Below are positions 12,501 to 26,652 of a stretch of 64,000 nucleotides of DNA, one piece after another. Position numbers and translations under genes: made by a program. How positions within the stretch are numbered: the stretch's first letter is position 1; each line of letters opens with the position of its first letter. The notes beneath the pieces were generated by a model, which had not been told where the DNA came from, made no database searches, and worked only from the letters and a program-made list of their open reading frames with translations. This DNA is from Selaginella moellendorffii (lineage: Eukaryota > Plantae > Lycopodiophyta), in assembly GCF_000143415.4 (NCBI RefSeq), contig NW_003314324.1:348011-412010 (forward strand), written 5' to 3'.

Positions 12501-14830
12501 CACTAGCCATTTAGAAATTGTTGTGCAAAAGTTGGTGTAAACTTAGTTGCAAATCACCATGAATAAATCTTTTTATATGTTTTTAGTACATCTTAAGAGT
12601 GTATCACCAATATCTCTATTTTAAGTATATGTGATTTTAAAAAATTTCACTAAGCAAGGTGCTAGGGTCTTATTAACCCAAAATCCATAGCACCAGCACA
12701 ATCTATGATAGTTGGGATAGGATTGATGGTGCTGAGCTAAAACAACACTCATATAATAACATTTTATCTCAGATTTGCGAATATATAATATATGCTATTC
12801 TTTCCTTTCTCTAAATAATCTTCAATATATAATTTAGCATGGGATGTAAGGTGTTAGTGGTAGGATTGAATAATGATGCTATGCTAAAATAGCATTTGTG
12901 CAATGATATTTTAGGTTAGATTTCTTTACCTTGGCACACTAGTGTAGGATATATTCCAATTTTTAGATTTATTTCCATAGAAATTTTTTAGTTGTAACTT
13001 TGTTTTTAAAAGATCACTTATAAATGGTTATACAAACTAAACATATGGAGGAAAATTTATTAAATAGTGTAGAATTAATTTCCACTACTCTAATTTAGAA
13101 ATTAGTTTGCATCTCAAATAACTCTTAAAACCTTATTATAATTATTATATGCCCCTAACAAGCACAGTTATTCTAGAGTAATGGAAATTGTAGAAGAGGT
13201 AGAAGAGGTTAAATATGCAGTAATAGTAGTGTTTTCAAGATGACACTCCAAAGTTAATATTCAATTATTTAAAGTGATCTTTACCATTGAGTAAATTCCC
13301 TTTATGGTTACATGCAATTAAAATAAAAATAAAAATAAAAGCAATATCTTTTTGCACTTTAATAAATTTGAGCTTGGTAAACAAATCAAAAGTTTATATA
13401 ATATGGGCATTTTAGGCATAGATAGCAAGCAAGGAAATTTTAAGAATATATATTATTTGCCAAAAACTTTATGTAGTAAAGTTAAAATGGTCATTCTAAG
13501 TATAGGTGTTTGTAATGAAAATGTATGAAACCAATGTTTTTTTCAACATTTGGAAGAGGATTATTTTAGTTTTCAAAAAACAAAATTATTTTAGGAGTAT
13601 ATTAGAATTGATCTCAAATAAAGGTATTAGATATGATTGTGAAATTTGATATAAAAAATGATATAATAGTTCTCATCTAAATTCTCATATATATTCCCTT
13701 TTTTTTTACTAATTAACTTAATTATAAAAGTAACATAATTGGTTTTTGGATAGAAATTCATTTAAAATTTCAAATTTGCATAACCCAATTTTCTATATAA
13801 AATGGGTATATTAAAGGGTATGACTTAGGGTTAAATTTGTTTTTTTTGTGCATTTATCCTTCAATAATTTAGACTTTTATTTGTATTGAATCCACAATAT
13901 TTAGATTTTTTGTTATAATTTTCCTCATTTTATTTATTAATACAATTTTGAGTATTTTTTGAGAGTTTAAAAATAGTAGTTATATGTAAACTCCCAAAAT
14001 GTTATTTATTTTAATATTATATATAAAAAAACTTAACTTAAATCTAATCTTTTAATTGATTGGAAAAAAACTTCATTCCGCTTGGTGGGCGCTAGTGTTA
14101 GTATCGATTCCACAAATGCCACCGCTACTAGTTCTTCCCGAAGAAAGAAAGATTCTTTCTATTTTTAAATTTTAATGGGTATTTTTCAAATTGTTTTTTT
14201 ATTATTTATATTATAAAGAGTTGTTTTATTTTTCTATAATAATATTTTAAAAGCCTTCACACTCAAAATTAATGGTATTTTTGAAAAATTAAGAAACTTT
14301 TTATTTTTTAAATTTTTTTTTCTACTTTAATTTTATTGTGAAAAATATGGGTCAAGATGTTAAAGAGTGTCATTCATTATGGATCCTTTAAAAAAAATTT
14401 GAAATTTTTTATTAATTTTTATAAGTAATTTATTAAACATTAGAAATAATCAATATGTTTGGAAGAACTTAAATTATTAGAAAATCTATAAACAAGATTA
14501 TTAATATATATATTTAAATTCACATGTGTTATGTTTTCATTTAATACACTTTTTGTAGGGATGAGGAGTATAAAGTAATTGAATAATTAAAAAATGATTA
14601 AAAATTTTATGGAGGTAAGTGATAGTTACTCTGTCTTGTTAGTTTTAGTTTTTATTTAATTCTAACAAACATGACATTTGTGCTATAAGCAATAACTAAC
14701 CAATTTGATACCAGCTTTTATATCAATTTTTTGTTCTGATACCAGCTTTTATATAAATATTTTATTTAGATAGGCTTTTCATGTTTAAATACTTAAAGAT
14801 GGAAATTAAACAAAAAATTTCTTTTGTTCA
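9526..14830. mobile_element. Very AT-rich decayed transposon DNA with a Helitron-like terminal hairpin at the left edge
   Basis: Abrupt compositional switch and no ORF of 60 aa or more across ~5.5 kb. Palindrome TTGCTACGCG-TTG-CGTGTAGCAA (9532-9554) is preceded by ACTAA, read as a degenerate minus-strand CTAG|T. Subterminal direct repeats at ~9640-9790. Confidence 0.5.
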
Positions 14831-15363
14831 CACACACATTGACCAGCAAAGTGTCCTTTGATTGGCAATTAACAGCTTCCAACTTACATGACCTATAAAA
14901 CTATAATATTGTTTATCTGTTACTCATCCTGGCATAAAACACAAATCTTCTCACCACAGCCAAGGCTTTCAATGTTTTCACAAAGAAGGGCCTGAAGGAA
15001 ACTGTGTCAATGTTTTTATATATATACTACCAAATGGATGCTGTGAAAGGTGATATAGATAGACTAGAATGGTTGTTCAACAAAATGAAGAATGCAGCTT
15101 CCACCTACTAGGTGCACTTACCTCTGGATATGTGAACACTGGAATACATGAACCAAACAGTTTAGATTATCACTATATCTGACTATAGAAGAAACTATAG
15201 AAGAACAACAATTGAGCCACATTATCAAGCACACAATAGATAGTACATTACCTCCATAAAATTGAGGTAGCTGAAGACTATATCTGGTGCCTCGGGAATC
15301 CTTGCTGCTGCCTGCCTCTGTTAGACCTGTAGGAGCAGCCCAACATGACACTCTTTCATCACA

Positions 15364-15659
15364 TAGGTTCTGTTTCACAGCTCCATCCTCATTGATTTTA
15401 GTTTTTCTTGACAGTTTTCTATCCTTGATTAACACTTATTCAGTCTTCAGCTATCTAGTAGAACTTAAGTTGGTGTGGACAATGGGATTCATCTCATTGG
15501 GGTACCCCGATGACTCCGCCACCGCTCGATCTTCCATACACATCTTTTTGGGAATTTTTCTCTACACTTTGAGCCTAAGTTCTGTCAAGCAGTTAACTTT
15601 CATCTGGTAAATTCCCTGGGGTTAATCCTCGTCCTCCTTCCATGCTAACGCCAAGATGA
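15364..15659 (+). pseudogene. Degenerate duplicate of the 3' part of CYB561 (intron 3 start plus last exon, with deletions)
   Basis: 15364-15403 matches 8252-8295. 15475-15659 matches exon 4 (WTMGFISLGYPDDSATARSS; 'ctggtaaattccctgggg/attaatcctcgtcctcc'; 'gccaagatga'). Confidence 0.8.
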
Positions 15660-15753
15660 GAACCAGTGGTTGAGTTTAACACGCATGGTATATTCGTCGA
15701 ATATATACCCTGGAACTAGGGCGTTTGGCTGTTCTTCGTCTGGAGGAGGAGCG

Positions 15754-16191
15754 ATGGGAGTGTCGGGAGCGGTAAAGAGGGGATCGCGCTGGCTCAAGCC
15801 TGAGGTAGAGTCCCCTACATTCTTCCTCCAATCCTTTGTATTCCTTGCTTCCAGCTCTCAATCGCCTGGGCTTTTAGGTTATCCCCTTGATCGGCTTCAT
15901 CGGCGCGGCCATGGGGCTTGCATCATTCATGTGTGTGAGGAATCTCATGCTCAATCCGGAAGTGAGGTAAGAAAATTTCTCCCCGTGGATGGGTTCTTCC
16001 TCTTCTATCTAAGTTCCTCAAATTTTTTTGCTTGCTCGCGCAGGATAAACAAGGAGGATCGAAGCGCTGGACTCGTCCAGAATTACAAGGAGGGATACGA
16101 GTACCACGAGCACGGATTGAGGCATTACATGCGCAACAGGAAGTCCGAGATCATGCCCCGGATCAACGAGTACTTCACCAAGACGAGCTAA
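15754..16191 (+). CDS. B12D: B12D / NDUFA4 (MLRQ)-like small mitochondrial membrane protein, 3 exons: 15754-15804, 15878-15966, 16044-16191
   Basis: Spliced product RWLKPEVIPLIGFIGAAMGLASFMCVRNLMLNPEVRINKEDRSAG...EIMPRINEYF matches the B12D pattern. Confidence 0.88.
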   Translation: MGVSGAVKRGSRWLKPEVESPTFFLQSFVFLASSSQSPGLLGYPLDRLHRRGHGACIIHVCEESHAQSGSEVRKFLPVDGFFLFYLSSSNFFACSRRINKEDRSAGLVQNYKEGYEYHEHGLRHYMRNRKSEIMPRINEYFTKTS

Positions 16192-17614
16192 AATCTTTCT
16201 TCTTTCTCTGGTTGTCTCAATAAACCACTGATCAATTCAAAGGGGAAAAGTCGAGAATATCCTTAGTATCATTCATTGCTAGCGAGCGGTCAAATAACAG
16301 GACTGACTCTTCATTAAAGAAACCAGAGAAACCAAGAGAGGTTAACCTATGAACCACCCAAACACATTACAAAACACATTGCATGCTCACACCCAACACT
16401 TATTACTTCTCTCCTCCCATCCTTCCTATATGTGAACCAAGAACCCTCACACACCCATTTGCCACATTAACACTTGGTTAGGGTTTGACCAAACTGAACG
16501 CCGTTACATATGTAATGGTCATTCCCCCATTAAAATTTGTGTGTCCTCACACAAGATAGAATACCAAATTTGTACCATGCTCTACCAGGAAACAAATATT
16601 ATGCATGTTTTCCTGGATTTGTGTCATATTTACAGATTAAACCTCCATGCTCCAAACCAAACTGACATCCATTTAATTTTGAGCTGCTATAACTTGCTGA
16701 TTTCATAGCCACTACAACCTTGGCCCTTTGACAATTTTCTTAACAAATAGAACCTTTGGGATTTTCTATCTCTTTTTTTACACTTAAGTAGCATTTGCCT
16801 CATTCCCCTAAGAAAGAAATGCTAGCATGCTACAGCATTAACCACAATAAGCTTCCTCTCACATGCACGGGGTGTTTAAATAACTCTCTTGTTTGGGTCA
16901 CTTGCTATGCCTCAAAAATCAGGTTTTGCCTCGATTTGATGCATCACTTTTCAGCAACACCCTTAACATTCTCACTAAAAGTCTCAGGTGCCACACAAAA
17001 CAAGCTTTATTTACATTGCTCAAATTAGTAACCACTCATGATGCTCAATTTAGCAATCATTAATCATCCACAGATTCTCATACCCGAACCACACCCACTT
17101 GCCACGTCAGAACTTATGATTAAACCAAGCGTCCGATATTCTTCGTGAGAACGCTCCAGTTGTTCGCGCAGAGACTGGTCCCAGACTTCCACTCCACCCT
17201 TCGACTTTGCCGCTGCTCGCAGCACAGTGAAAGTGGCGGATCTCGCAAATTCCTCAATGCCGCGAAGCTCCAAGAACTTTGATGCCTCCTCCATGCTTTC
17301 TTTTTAATCTCGATCATCGATTGGCGCGCTCAAAGATTTCTCATCCGTACGCGACTTCTCTTCTCCAACAGCGAAATCTTGGAGCTCGATTCCTTCCAGC
17401 TCGCGATAGCTAAGAACAAGAACCCTAAAATTTTGTGGACACCGTTGCCACTAACATCTACCAGAGAGAGCGCATATTCTCCTCGTTTAAACAGGCGCCA
17501 CGTCGTTGCACATCCTCTGGCCAATAGCTCGATGACACGTTGGCAGTAAATGCAACGTGGCGTGGACTATATATAAATTTGAGTAGGGCAAACTGAGACG
17601 AAGGAGGGAGAGAA

Positions 17615-19007
17615 ATGGAGGCTATGAAGCGCGCGGCGATGCTCGGCGTGTGCGTGGGAGGGATTTGGGGCGCCTATGTCACGCAGGGCGTGCTGCAAGA
17701 GACTCTGTAAGTGGAATCGATCGATCGAGTGAGAGTCTGATTGATCGAGTGATTTTGTGTGTGGCAGCTCCACAAAACGCTTCGGCCCCGATAAGCAGAG
17801 GTTCCAGCACCTTGCATTCTTAAATTTCGCGCAGAGCGTGGTTTGCTTCCTGTGGTCATTCATAAGTAATGCATTGTGTGATTTTTTTTTTCCTTCTAGA
17901 GCTCACGCCGCTACTCTTTTTCTCCAGTGCTTGTCCTCGTTTCACCGAAGAGAACCTCTCAAGCTCCACTATGGGCTTACTGGAGTGCCAGCATTACGAA
18001 TTCCATTGGTCCCGCTTGTGGAATCCAGGCTTTGAAATACATCAGCTATCCTGCCCAGGTGAGCTTTTGGATTTTACTTGTTTTTCTCATTTGTTCTTGA
18101 AAGCTTAAAGTTGAGAATTTCGTTTCCAGGTTCTGGCGAAATCGTCGAAGATGATTCCAGGTATGTGTATTGAATCTGAAAAGCTGGCTGGTATTTAAGT
18201 GTGCTCCTTTTCGTTTTCTCTTCTGAATCCAGTGATGCTCATGGGGACAATTTTGTACGGTGTCCGCTATACAATTCCTGAGTACCTTTGCACCTTTCTC
18301 GTCGCTGGAGGTGTTTCCATTTTTGCATTATTCAAGGTTGTGTGATTTTTCGATTTTTCTCAAAGGTGAGATTTTTCTTTCTGTCGTGCAGGGTAGTGTA
18401 AAAGCCAGTAAAGTAGCGAGTCCGAATGCTCCTCTTGGATACGGGCTATGCCTGTTAAATCTGGCGTTCGATGGTTTCACAAATGCAACTCAAGACTCTA
18501 TTACGATGAGGTGAGGAAAAACACAAAGTAACTTTCTTGTTTGTGTTTTTGTGTGGAACGAGGCTTGACAACGAAAGTTTCATTGTGTGCTGCTCCAGGT
18601 ATCCGAAAACAAGCGCTTGGCATATAATGATGGGAATGAACTTCTGGGGTTCCATTTACATGGGTCTCTACATGTTTGGATGGACGAGCGGGGGATTCGA
18701 AGCTCTGAGCTTTTGCAAGCAGCACCCGGAGGCTACGTGGGACATTTTCTTCTTTTGCCTCTGCGGAGCCGTCGGCCAGAACTTCATCTTCCTTACCATC
18801 AGCTGGTTCGGAACGCTGGCTCTCACGACAATCACAACGATGAGGAAGTTCGTAAGCATTCTCGTGTCGTCGCTGTGGAGGGGCAACCCGCTGACGCTGG
18901 AGCAGTGGATCGGCGTGTCGATGGTCTTTGCTGGGCTTTCGTACCAAATTCTCCTCAAGTGGAGGAGGCAGACGAAGAAGCGGCCGCTAAGAAAGAAGGC
19001 CGTGTGA
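17615..19007 (+). CDS. UTR3: UDP-galactose/UDP-glucose transporter (UTR1/UTR3, SLC35B1 type), multi-exon
   Basis: Motifs GIWGAYVTQGVLQE, FLNFAQ, ALKYISYPAQVLAKSSKMIP, DGFTNATQD, GAVGQNFIF and TTMRKF; C-terminal KKAV ER-retrieval signal. Confidence 0.9.
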
Positions 19008-20929
19008 TTGACCCCCCCCCCTCGAAGACAGTTAATGTACACCGAGTAGAAGGTATGAGAAGAAAGCATCCATTTCTTTTTTTTTGTTTTTACTGATTTG
19101 CTTCCCTTTCCGCTCCAGAGGGGAGGGTGGCTTTTAAGTCACTGGCATTCAATGGCCAGCCATTCCTTTCTCTCTTTGCTTTGCAGAGGCAATGGATTGG
19201 AAGCACAACTTCCCTGTCCTCTCTGCGAGCAAAGTCTATATACTTTTTAAAACATTGTTTTATTTTTTGCACACTTTTTCTTCTTCTTTCCTAAAGTTTG
19301 ATCTTTCAAGGTTTTGTTTTTAACAGTTTTTCCGATTTGCAGTTCCCAGCTGGGACACAGGCTGGCTGTCCGCACACGGGAAGAGAAAGGATGGCACGCG
19401 GTGAAAAACAAGAGTCTCGGAACTGCGCACATACTTTGCGATTGTGGCGCCTTCCAGACAAAGCGACAGGCTCCTACAGTGTAAGAAGTAAGAATGTCCA
19501 CCAGGGAGAATGACAACCGAGGTAAAAATGCCTGATAACAGAACGCTTTGCTTGATCCAGACGTTTGTAACGCTCTCTCGTGTTTCCAGGAGGTAAAGGG
19601 AAAAAAAAAAAAAAAAAAAAAATCTCGGCCGGGGAATTAACGCGGCCGAAAGAAAAGGAGGGACCGACCAAATGCCGAGTTTTTCCATCTCCGATACAGT
19701 TTCGAGTATGGACAGCCAACGAGACAGGCAGGCCAATCAATGTCACATAGGTGATCCCTTTTCATTCTTTCTTTTTTGTATTTCGTCGCTTCTCTCATCT
19801 TCAGGTGATCACACATACCTGTATCAGCCCCTGGTGGCTGGTTTCATTCCATACAGGATTCCACAATCCAGCGATAAATTATCAGCGAGTTTTTCCTTAA
19901 GTCGATACGCTTTTCTTTGCTACGTTCTTAAGACAATACGCTTTTCCTTGCCAAGTTTGCACGCTGCTAATCGACTTCTCTGTTCGTTAGCTTGGGATCT
20001 CCAGATTTTCAAGGCAAAGTTTCGAATTTTTCGCTGTACGAACATGCTAGACGTTAGCCGAGGACCAAGTATCGCATAAAGATGAAGTGTAGAGCACATG
20101 TCCCCAAGTTACAACCATGTGCTATAGTTTCTATTAAATTCCACATTGCCGTGTTATAGGCCCATAAGTTTTGACCGATCAAACCAAGGTTAGATTTAAT
20201 CTTAGCCCACACATGTACGTTTTTTAATGCTTGTTTTGGTTGGTTGGCCATTAGGTTTTCCACTTTGTCTTTGGCGGTGTCATGCAAAAGAGATGTCCTT
20301 TCCTTCCCCACACAGCCCGGAAGGATACATGGAAGTGCGTGGGTCCTCCACAATCGCGGTTAACGGCTGGGATTTGCGCTGGATGTGATCCCCACCGCCC
20401 ATTCTGTCCATTACAACGGTTAAAAAACCATTTGCCAGTGTACGAGCCGTTTGGGCGGACGCCACGCTCTCACTTAAATCCGGCTCAATGCGGCTGCTAA
20501 CAAACCAGTCTGGTAACCACCGTTTCCTCAAACGGTAAACTCTACCTGACCGCGGCCAGCAAGGTCCACGAGCGGTTAGCTGGATGCTTACACGTGTCCC
20601 CCAAGAAGCATCCTGGCGGATAATTCTGCCAGGCTGGCTGGGTTGCCACGCGGCAACGCCAGATTGGTACGCTCTTTTGCATGGATGTGGCCGCAAGTTC
20701 TTCCTCTGTTTCTTGTGAGTATAGTCCTGTCCAGCCCGGCTTGGAGCTCGCGCTTCGCGTCTTCAATCGGCAATGGCGGCCGCGCGTTAGGTCACCGGCA
20801 TTCCTCGCGGTGAGTGACATGATGCTAGGTTCTATAAGAGCGCTCACATTCTCGTTTCTCGTGGCGATTTCGCAGGTCTGAGCTCCTGGCATTGGATTTC
20901 TTGGTCAGATCGCAGCCATTCTGGATACC

Positions 20930-23300
20930 ATGGCAATGCCGCGCTTCTTGCTGCTGATTCTCGCGATTCTGGGGTTATTGCACTCCTCCCGGGCCGACGC
21001 TCCCATTTCTTTCTTCGACTGGGTTGTGTCTTATGAGACTCGGGCCCCTCTTGGCGTCAAGCAACAGGTACTTCGTTCTTTCTTTCGATTCTTCTTCTCT
21101 TCTTCTTCTCTTTCTTTTGGATTTTTTTGTGTCGATTCGTTGGTTGGGCGGTGATGTAAACCCTTTCTTGTTTGGTGTGCTCTCAGGTGATCGTGATAAA
21201 TGGGATGTTCCCGGGTCCAGTGCTAAACACCACCACCAACAGGATCAACATCGTCAACGTCCAGAACAATCTGGATGAGCCCTTTCTACTCACCTGGTAT
21301 GTGATCTACAGATCAAAGCTCCTCTTTCTCTTTTCTCAAGAGATCTGGACTTTGCTTGCCTACATTCTTTGTTTTCGTGGGTGGAATTCTAAAGTTTCCT
21401 CCGCAGGGATGGTATCCAGAACCGAAGAAATGCCTGGATGGATGGAGTTGCGGCAACGAACTGTCCCATACCGGCGGGCCAAAACTTCACCTACAACATC
21501 ACGGCTAAGGATCAAATTGGCAGTTTCTTCTACTGGCCAACGACGATGTTCCAAAGAGCTGCTGGCGGTGTTGGGTCTGTGAGGGTGAATCCGCGTGCTG
21601 CCTCGGGTGTGAGGGTGCCATTCGCACCTCCAGACGGTGATATAGTTGTTATGATTGGTGACTGGTACACTCGGAGCCACAAGGTATGTGCTCTTTAATG
21701 ATCCACCTAGCAATATGAAGTCAAGGCATGGCACTGCAGGAATTGCGAGCTTCTCTAGACAGGGGCGTTTTACTCGGGATGCCAGACGGTGTTCTTATCA
21801 ATGGGAAAGGAGCTTACAACAGAACCACGGATTACGAAACCATCCCTGTGCGAAGAGGTACAAAACTCATTGATTCCGTGAGAAAATAAAAATGAAAATG
21901 GAAGCATTGACTCACTCCCTTGGCTGTGCTTGCAGATCATGTATACCGGTTTCGAGTGACAAATGTGGGTGTGAGCACGACTCTAAACTTTCGGATTCAA
22001 GGCCACCAGCTCAACCTTGTGGAAACCGAGGGGTCTTACACTGTGCAGCAACCATACGACTCTATAGACATTTTCGTGGGACAATCGTATTCGTTTCTTC
22101 TTAACTGCACTGCAAATGCTAGCGACTACTACATCGTTGCTAGCCCCAGGTTTGTGGGCAATGAGACCGAGTGGGCGAATATCACTGGTGTTGGAGTCCT
22201 CCATTATTTGGACTCCAAGGCTTTGGTTAATGGCCCCCTTCCCGAAGGGCCCAGTATTTATGATGGGGGCTGGTCCGTAAATCAAGCTCGTCAACTCAGG
22301 TATGTGTATACTGTTCAAACTTCCAAGACTAATCTTTGTCACCGCAGACGTAACTTGACAACGGGAGCGGCTCGGCCAAATCCTCAAGGCTCTTTTCACT
22401 ATGGGCAGATCAACGTCACACAGACATTCGTTTTGACAAGTACCGCAGTATCAATTGCCGGGAAGCGACGGTTCGCGGTCAATGGTTTTTCTTTCGAAGT
22501 TCCATCCACACCTCTGCTTCTCGCGGACGAGTACAACATTACAGGCCTATACAAGCTGAATTCTTTCCCAGAAAAAGTTGGAAGCGTCGTTCCTGGCCTC
22601 CAGACGTCCGTCGTAAACGCCACGTACGCTGGTTTCTTGGAGATCATCTTTCAAAACCCGGACAACAACTCAGTCCAGTCGTGGCATGTCGATGGCTATG
22701 CGGCATTCGTCGTCGGGTATGTAGGTTGGAACTTTCATATGCGACAGGCTGATCGATGTTTGCTTCTTCAGATACGGACCAGGGCAATGGACTGAAAATG
22801 ATAGAGGCCAGTACAACAAATGGGACGCTGTATCTCGCTCCACCGTTCAGGTACTGAATGACCCGAACTTGTTTCTTTCTGCCTCTTGGTTTTTGTTTTC
22901 TAAACCATTGCTTTTCCCAGGTTTTCCCTGGCTCCTGGACGGCCATCCAAATCTCCCTGGACAATGTGGGCTTGTGGAACATACGCTCAGAGGACTTGGT
23001 CCGCCATTATCTCGGCCAAGAAATCTACATGTTCGTGAACGATCCAAGCGACAACATCAAGAACACGGCTTTCCCGAAACCAGACAACGTCCTGTATTGT
23101 GGACGGCTTGCAAATCTTGCTCCGCTATCGAGGTACTTACATCAATCAACCTCCTCAACTTCGTTCATATACTCATTCCAATCTCATCGTTCTTTTGCAG
23201 TCGCCATCGCAAGAGCTCCGGCACCCAAGCAGCGAAGCTCTCCTTGACTACATTGCTCACTCTGGCGAGCGCTGCGCTCCTGAGCTTACTGTGGCTCTAG
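20930..23300 (+). CDS. SKU5: SKU5/SKS-like monocopper oxidase, probably GPI-anchored, multi-exon
   Basis: Signal peptide; motifs APLGVKQQVIVING, WMDGVAATNCPIP, KDQIGSFFY, GAARPNPQGSFHYG, WHVDG and LDNVGLWNIRS; hydrophobic C-terminus. Confidence 0.88.
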
Positions 23301-24045
23301 AGGTCTGTAGAGGATTGATTGACCCGACGGTTTTGCATTTCATTTTTTTTTTTTTTCTAGTTTGAGGAGCCACATTACTGCTGAGAGATATATTGGGTGT
23401 TGGTTTTTTTGATCTATCTCTGAAAGGAAGAAACCACCATTTTGTTTGCTTGTTCTTCTCTCTCTTCTCTCCTCTCTCCCAAGTTTCTGGTGATGATTTG
23501 TAAGTTTGTGAGAAGAATTCGTACTCTCTTTTTTTCTATTCTTTGTAGAGTCAAGGTGTTGATCAGTTTTGACGTTCTTTGACGAGAATCGGAAACTTTG
23601 GTTCTAGAAGCAAGGATTTGATTAAACTAAGACACGAGCTGGAGTGTGGCCTCACGCGCCGGCATGTGAAAACACAATTTGGAAGGCTTGTTTAACTTAA
23701 TGATTATTGGTAAGCTTCGTGGAGATTAACCGTTGTCACGAGCGATCGCGTGGCTTTTCGTGGTGGATTTAACGCATAAAATTTGTTTGTCAACGTCCCT
23801 CTCATATATAGAGAGGTTAATTCCATGACAAGCTCTAAGATCCAGCGAAGTACACCACTCAGTGGCTAGCTAGTTGGTGTTACTAGCAAACAAGAAAGTT
23901 TCCATTTAGTTCCCTGTACTATGAGAGCGTACCAGTCCATCCATGATAAGGGGAATCTTTAGCAAGAGGTGAAGAATTGAAAGAAGGAGAAGAGGAGGAG
24001 GAGGAAGTGGAAGTGAGGATCTTTCTTCTCTGCTCAAGGGAGCTC

Positions 24046-25644
24046 ATGGAGCAGCGAGACGGAGAGCTTCTAGCCGGGCAAGTCGAGGGAGAGGTAAACT
24101 CCACCACTTTCCAGAGCTTCAACCTCGATTTCCTCAGCGCCGAGCACCAGCAAAGCCTGCTCGCGGCGAATTTCCAGCCGTGGTCCTCGAGCAGCAGTGG
24201 AGCTGGAGCCTGTGCTGCTGCGGCCGAGGATGAGGATGTCAAGGGACTGCTCACTCCGCCCAGCAGTCCCTCCGGCGCGAGCAACAGTGGCGGCAGTAAG
24301 TTCCCGTCCGGCCTGGCTCAAAAGATCGGCTACCTCCAAATGGTTGTCAATATGCTGGGCAGCAACAACAGCGCGCGCGGCCAGTCGAGCAGCGGCGCTC
24401 AGCAGCAGCAAATTGGGAAGCTCGTGGATCAGCTCCTGGTGACGGCCAGAGGTATGTTCTTGGAGCAGCAGCAGCAGCAGGAGCAACATCAAAGTGCTTC
24501 CTTTGCTGCGAATCCCTCCAGCGATCGCTACTTTAACATCTCTCCGGAAGAACTCGTCTACCATCATCATCATCATCAGCAGCAGCAGCAGCAAATTCTC
24601 CAGCAGCAGGCTTATAACCACCAGCAGCAAATGCCTTATCAAGGCATTTTTCCAAAGCCGGAGAGTATGACTCCAGTGGAGAATCTCTATGCGGGTGTGG
24701 CGGCGGCTGCAATCGTTGATGGAGACGAAGACGAATCTCTCCAGGAGAGCCAAGACTCGTACGAGTTGATCGAGCTCGACGCCATGGAGATCCTTGCCGA
24801 GCACACACACTTCTGCGAGATTTGTGGCAAGGGATTCAAGCGCGATGCCAACCTCCGCATGCACATGAGAGGCCACGGTGACGAGTACAAGACACCGGCG
24901 GCCCTTGCCAGGCCCAAAGGTGACGACGAACACCGCGGCGATGGCAAGAGGAAAGTCTCCAGCCCAAAGTTTCTACCCAAGCGCTACTCCTGCCCGTATC
25001 TGGGATGCAAGCGCAACAGGCAGCACAAGAAGTTTGTGCCACTCAAGACGGTGCTGTGCGTCAAGAACCACTACCGACGATCGCACTGCCCCAAGCTCCT
25101 GACTTGCACCAGATGCCGCGTGAAACGATTTGCGGTGCTTGCCGACCTCAAGACGCACGAGAAGCATTGCGGGAGGGAGAAGTGGCAGTGCTCTTGCGGG
25201 ACGACCTTCTCTCGGAAGGACAAGCTCCTGGGCCACATCTCTCTCTTCGTCGGGCACAAGCCGCTGATGATGATGGTTCCGCCACAGCCGCTGCAGCCGC
25301 CTCCGATCATCTTGCCCAGCAGCAGCAGCAGCAGCTCCTTATCGGCTGCAGAGCTCTCGCCAGCTTCAATCTACAGCAACATGCAGCAGATTCCATACTC
25401 ATCAAGCATGATGGATTCCAAGTCCCAGATAATGGGAACTGTTGATGGTGTTCCTTCTTCTGTGGAGAGCTGCTGGAATCCAAACAGCATCTTTGGTGGT
25501 GGTGGTGGTCGGTCTATGCTTGTCCCCGGGAGCAGCAGCAGCAATAACAACAACAACAACAACTCTAACAACAACACCACCACAAGCAGTGAAAACTACA
25601 GCCTTGGATACCTGAGCCTTGATTTCTTCGACTGCAAGAATTGA
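24046..25644 (+). CDS. STOP1: STOP1-like C2H2 zinc-finger transcription factor, intronless
   Basis: [41 protein letters not shown]...[12 protein letters not shown]...[22 protein letters not shown]; poly-Q/H/S/N tracts. Confidence 0.92.
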   Translation: MEQRDGELLAGQVEGEVNSTTFQSFNLDFLSAEHQQSLLAANFQPWSSSSSGAGACAAAAEDEDVKGLLTPPSSPSGASNSGGSKFPSGLAQKIGYLQMVVNMLGSNNSARGQSSSGAQQQQIGKLVDQLLVTARGMFLEQQQQQEQHQSASFAANPSSDRYFNISPEELVYHHHHHQQQQQQILQQQAYNHQQQMPYQGIFPKPESMTPVENLYAGVAAAAIVDGDEDESLQESQDSYELIELDAMEILAEHTHFCEICGKGFKRDANLRMHMRGHGDEYKTPAALARPKGDDEHRGDGKRKVSSPKFLPKRYSCPYLGCKRNRQHKKFVPLKTVLCVKNHYRRSHCPKLLTCTRCRVKRFAVLADLKTHEKHCGREKWQCSCGTTFSRKDKLLGHISLFVGHKPLMMMVPPQPLQPPPIILPSSSSSSSLSAAELSPASIYSNMQQIPYSSSMMDSKSQIMGTVDGVPSSVESCWNPNSIFGGGGGRSMLVPGSSSSNNNNNNNSNNNTTTSSENYSLGYLSLDFFDCKN

Positions 25645-26652
25645 CAATGTGAGATGGTTTGTGTGACTGGTCCACAATAACCAAATGGTGGACGCATTAT
25701 ATATCGCTATGCTAACATCTTGTTACTAATATTAAATAAATAAAAAGATTTTTTTGTTGAATGGCGTTGGCCGTTGAATAGGGTTGACTTACTGACCGTT
25801 GGCCGTTGACTATAATTGACCATGGTTCTTTCCTTCTCAGAGTACGGGCGATTCTGGGTCACTTCACTGCCAGATACGCCGGCGGCACACGTCAACGCGC
25901 GATCTAACAGCGCTCACTGCTCCTCCTCTGACGTTTCACGCATTGAATGCCATAATAATTATAACACCCCCAACGATGAGAGGCGCTCGCGCTCGCGCCC
26001 TCCATTCATGAAATCTTTTTTCCTCGCCTCCTCCATTTCAAACCAGGGAGGATTTCTCTTCTTTTCCGAGCTCCGGTCGGAATTGGAGCCACGGGAGAGG
26101 AAGAATCTCAAATCCAGAGAACAAGAAAGATCTCGAGGATACTCTCAGAAAACCAGTTGGAGAAAAGGAGGGAGGAGAAAAAGATGATGTTGTTTTCGTT
26201 GGCGGCCTGCCATCTTCTTTCTGGGAATTCCCATCACACGCAAATCTTCTGCCACTGGCAGGAGTGTAGCATAGATAGATTTTGTCTTTGATCAAGCTTT
26301 TATTACCTAGTTCTCTCTCGGCTCCACATCTCGCTTCTTCTCCGTCCGCCGGGAAGAATTTACCAGCGTCTGGACGAGGAGGACAAGCAATCCAGTACAC
26401 TGATAGGTCTGTCGTATCATGGATAGATTTAGCTTGTATCATTCAGCCACCCTCAAGGCTTGCAGGATCCAATGACCCATTTGTGATCGATTGCCGCTCG
26501 CGAGTTTGATCGATATCAATACCTCAGCTCCTCCCACAATGGGCTATCGGATCCACCATCAAAATCACAGCTTGTTCGCGAGTGGCGGCTCCAGCTGCTC
26601 GTGAGACATCACGATTGCGACCAACAGCGACAATGGGAATTGGAACAGGGCA

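Noticed and set aside
17064-17524. Minus-strand short ORFs upstream of the UDP-sugar transporter
   Set aside because: Coding-like composition, but interrupted by stops and no family recognised; at most a remnant.
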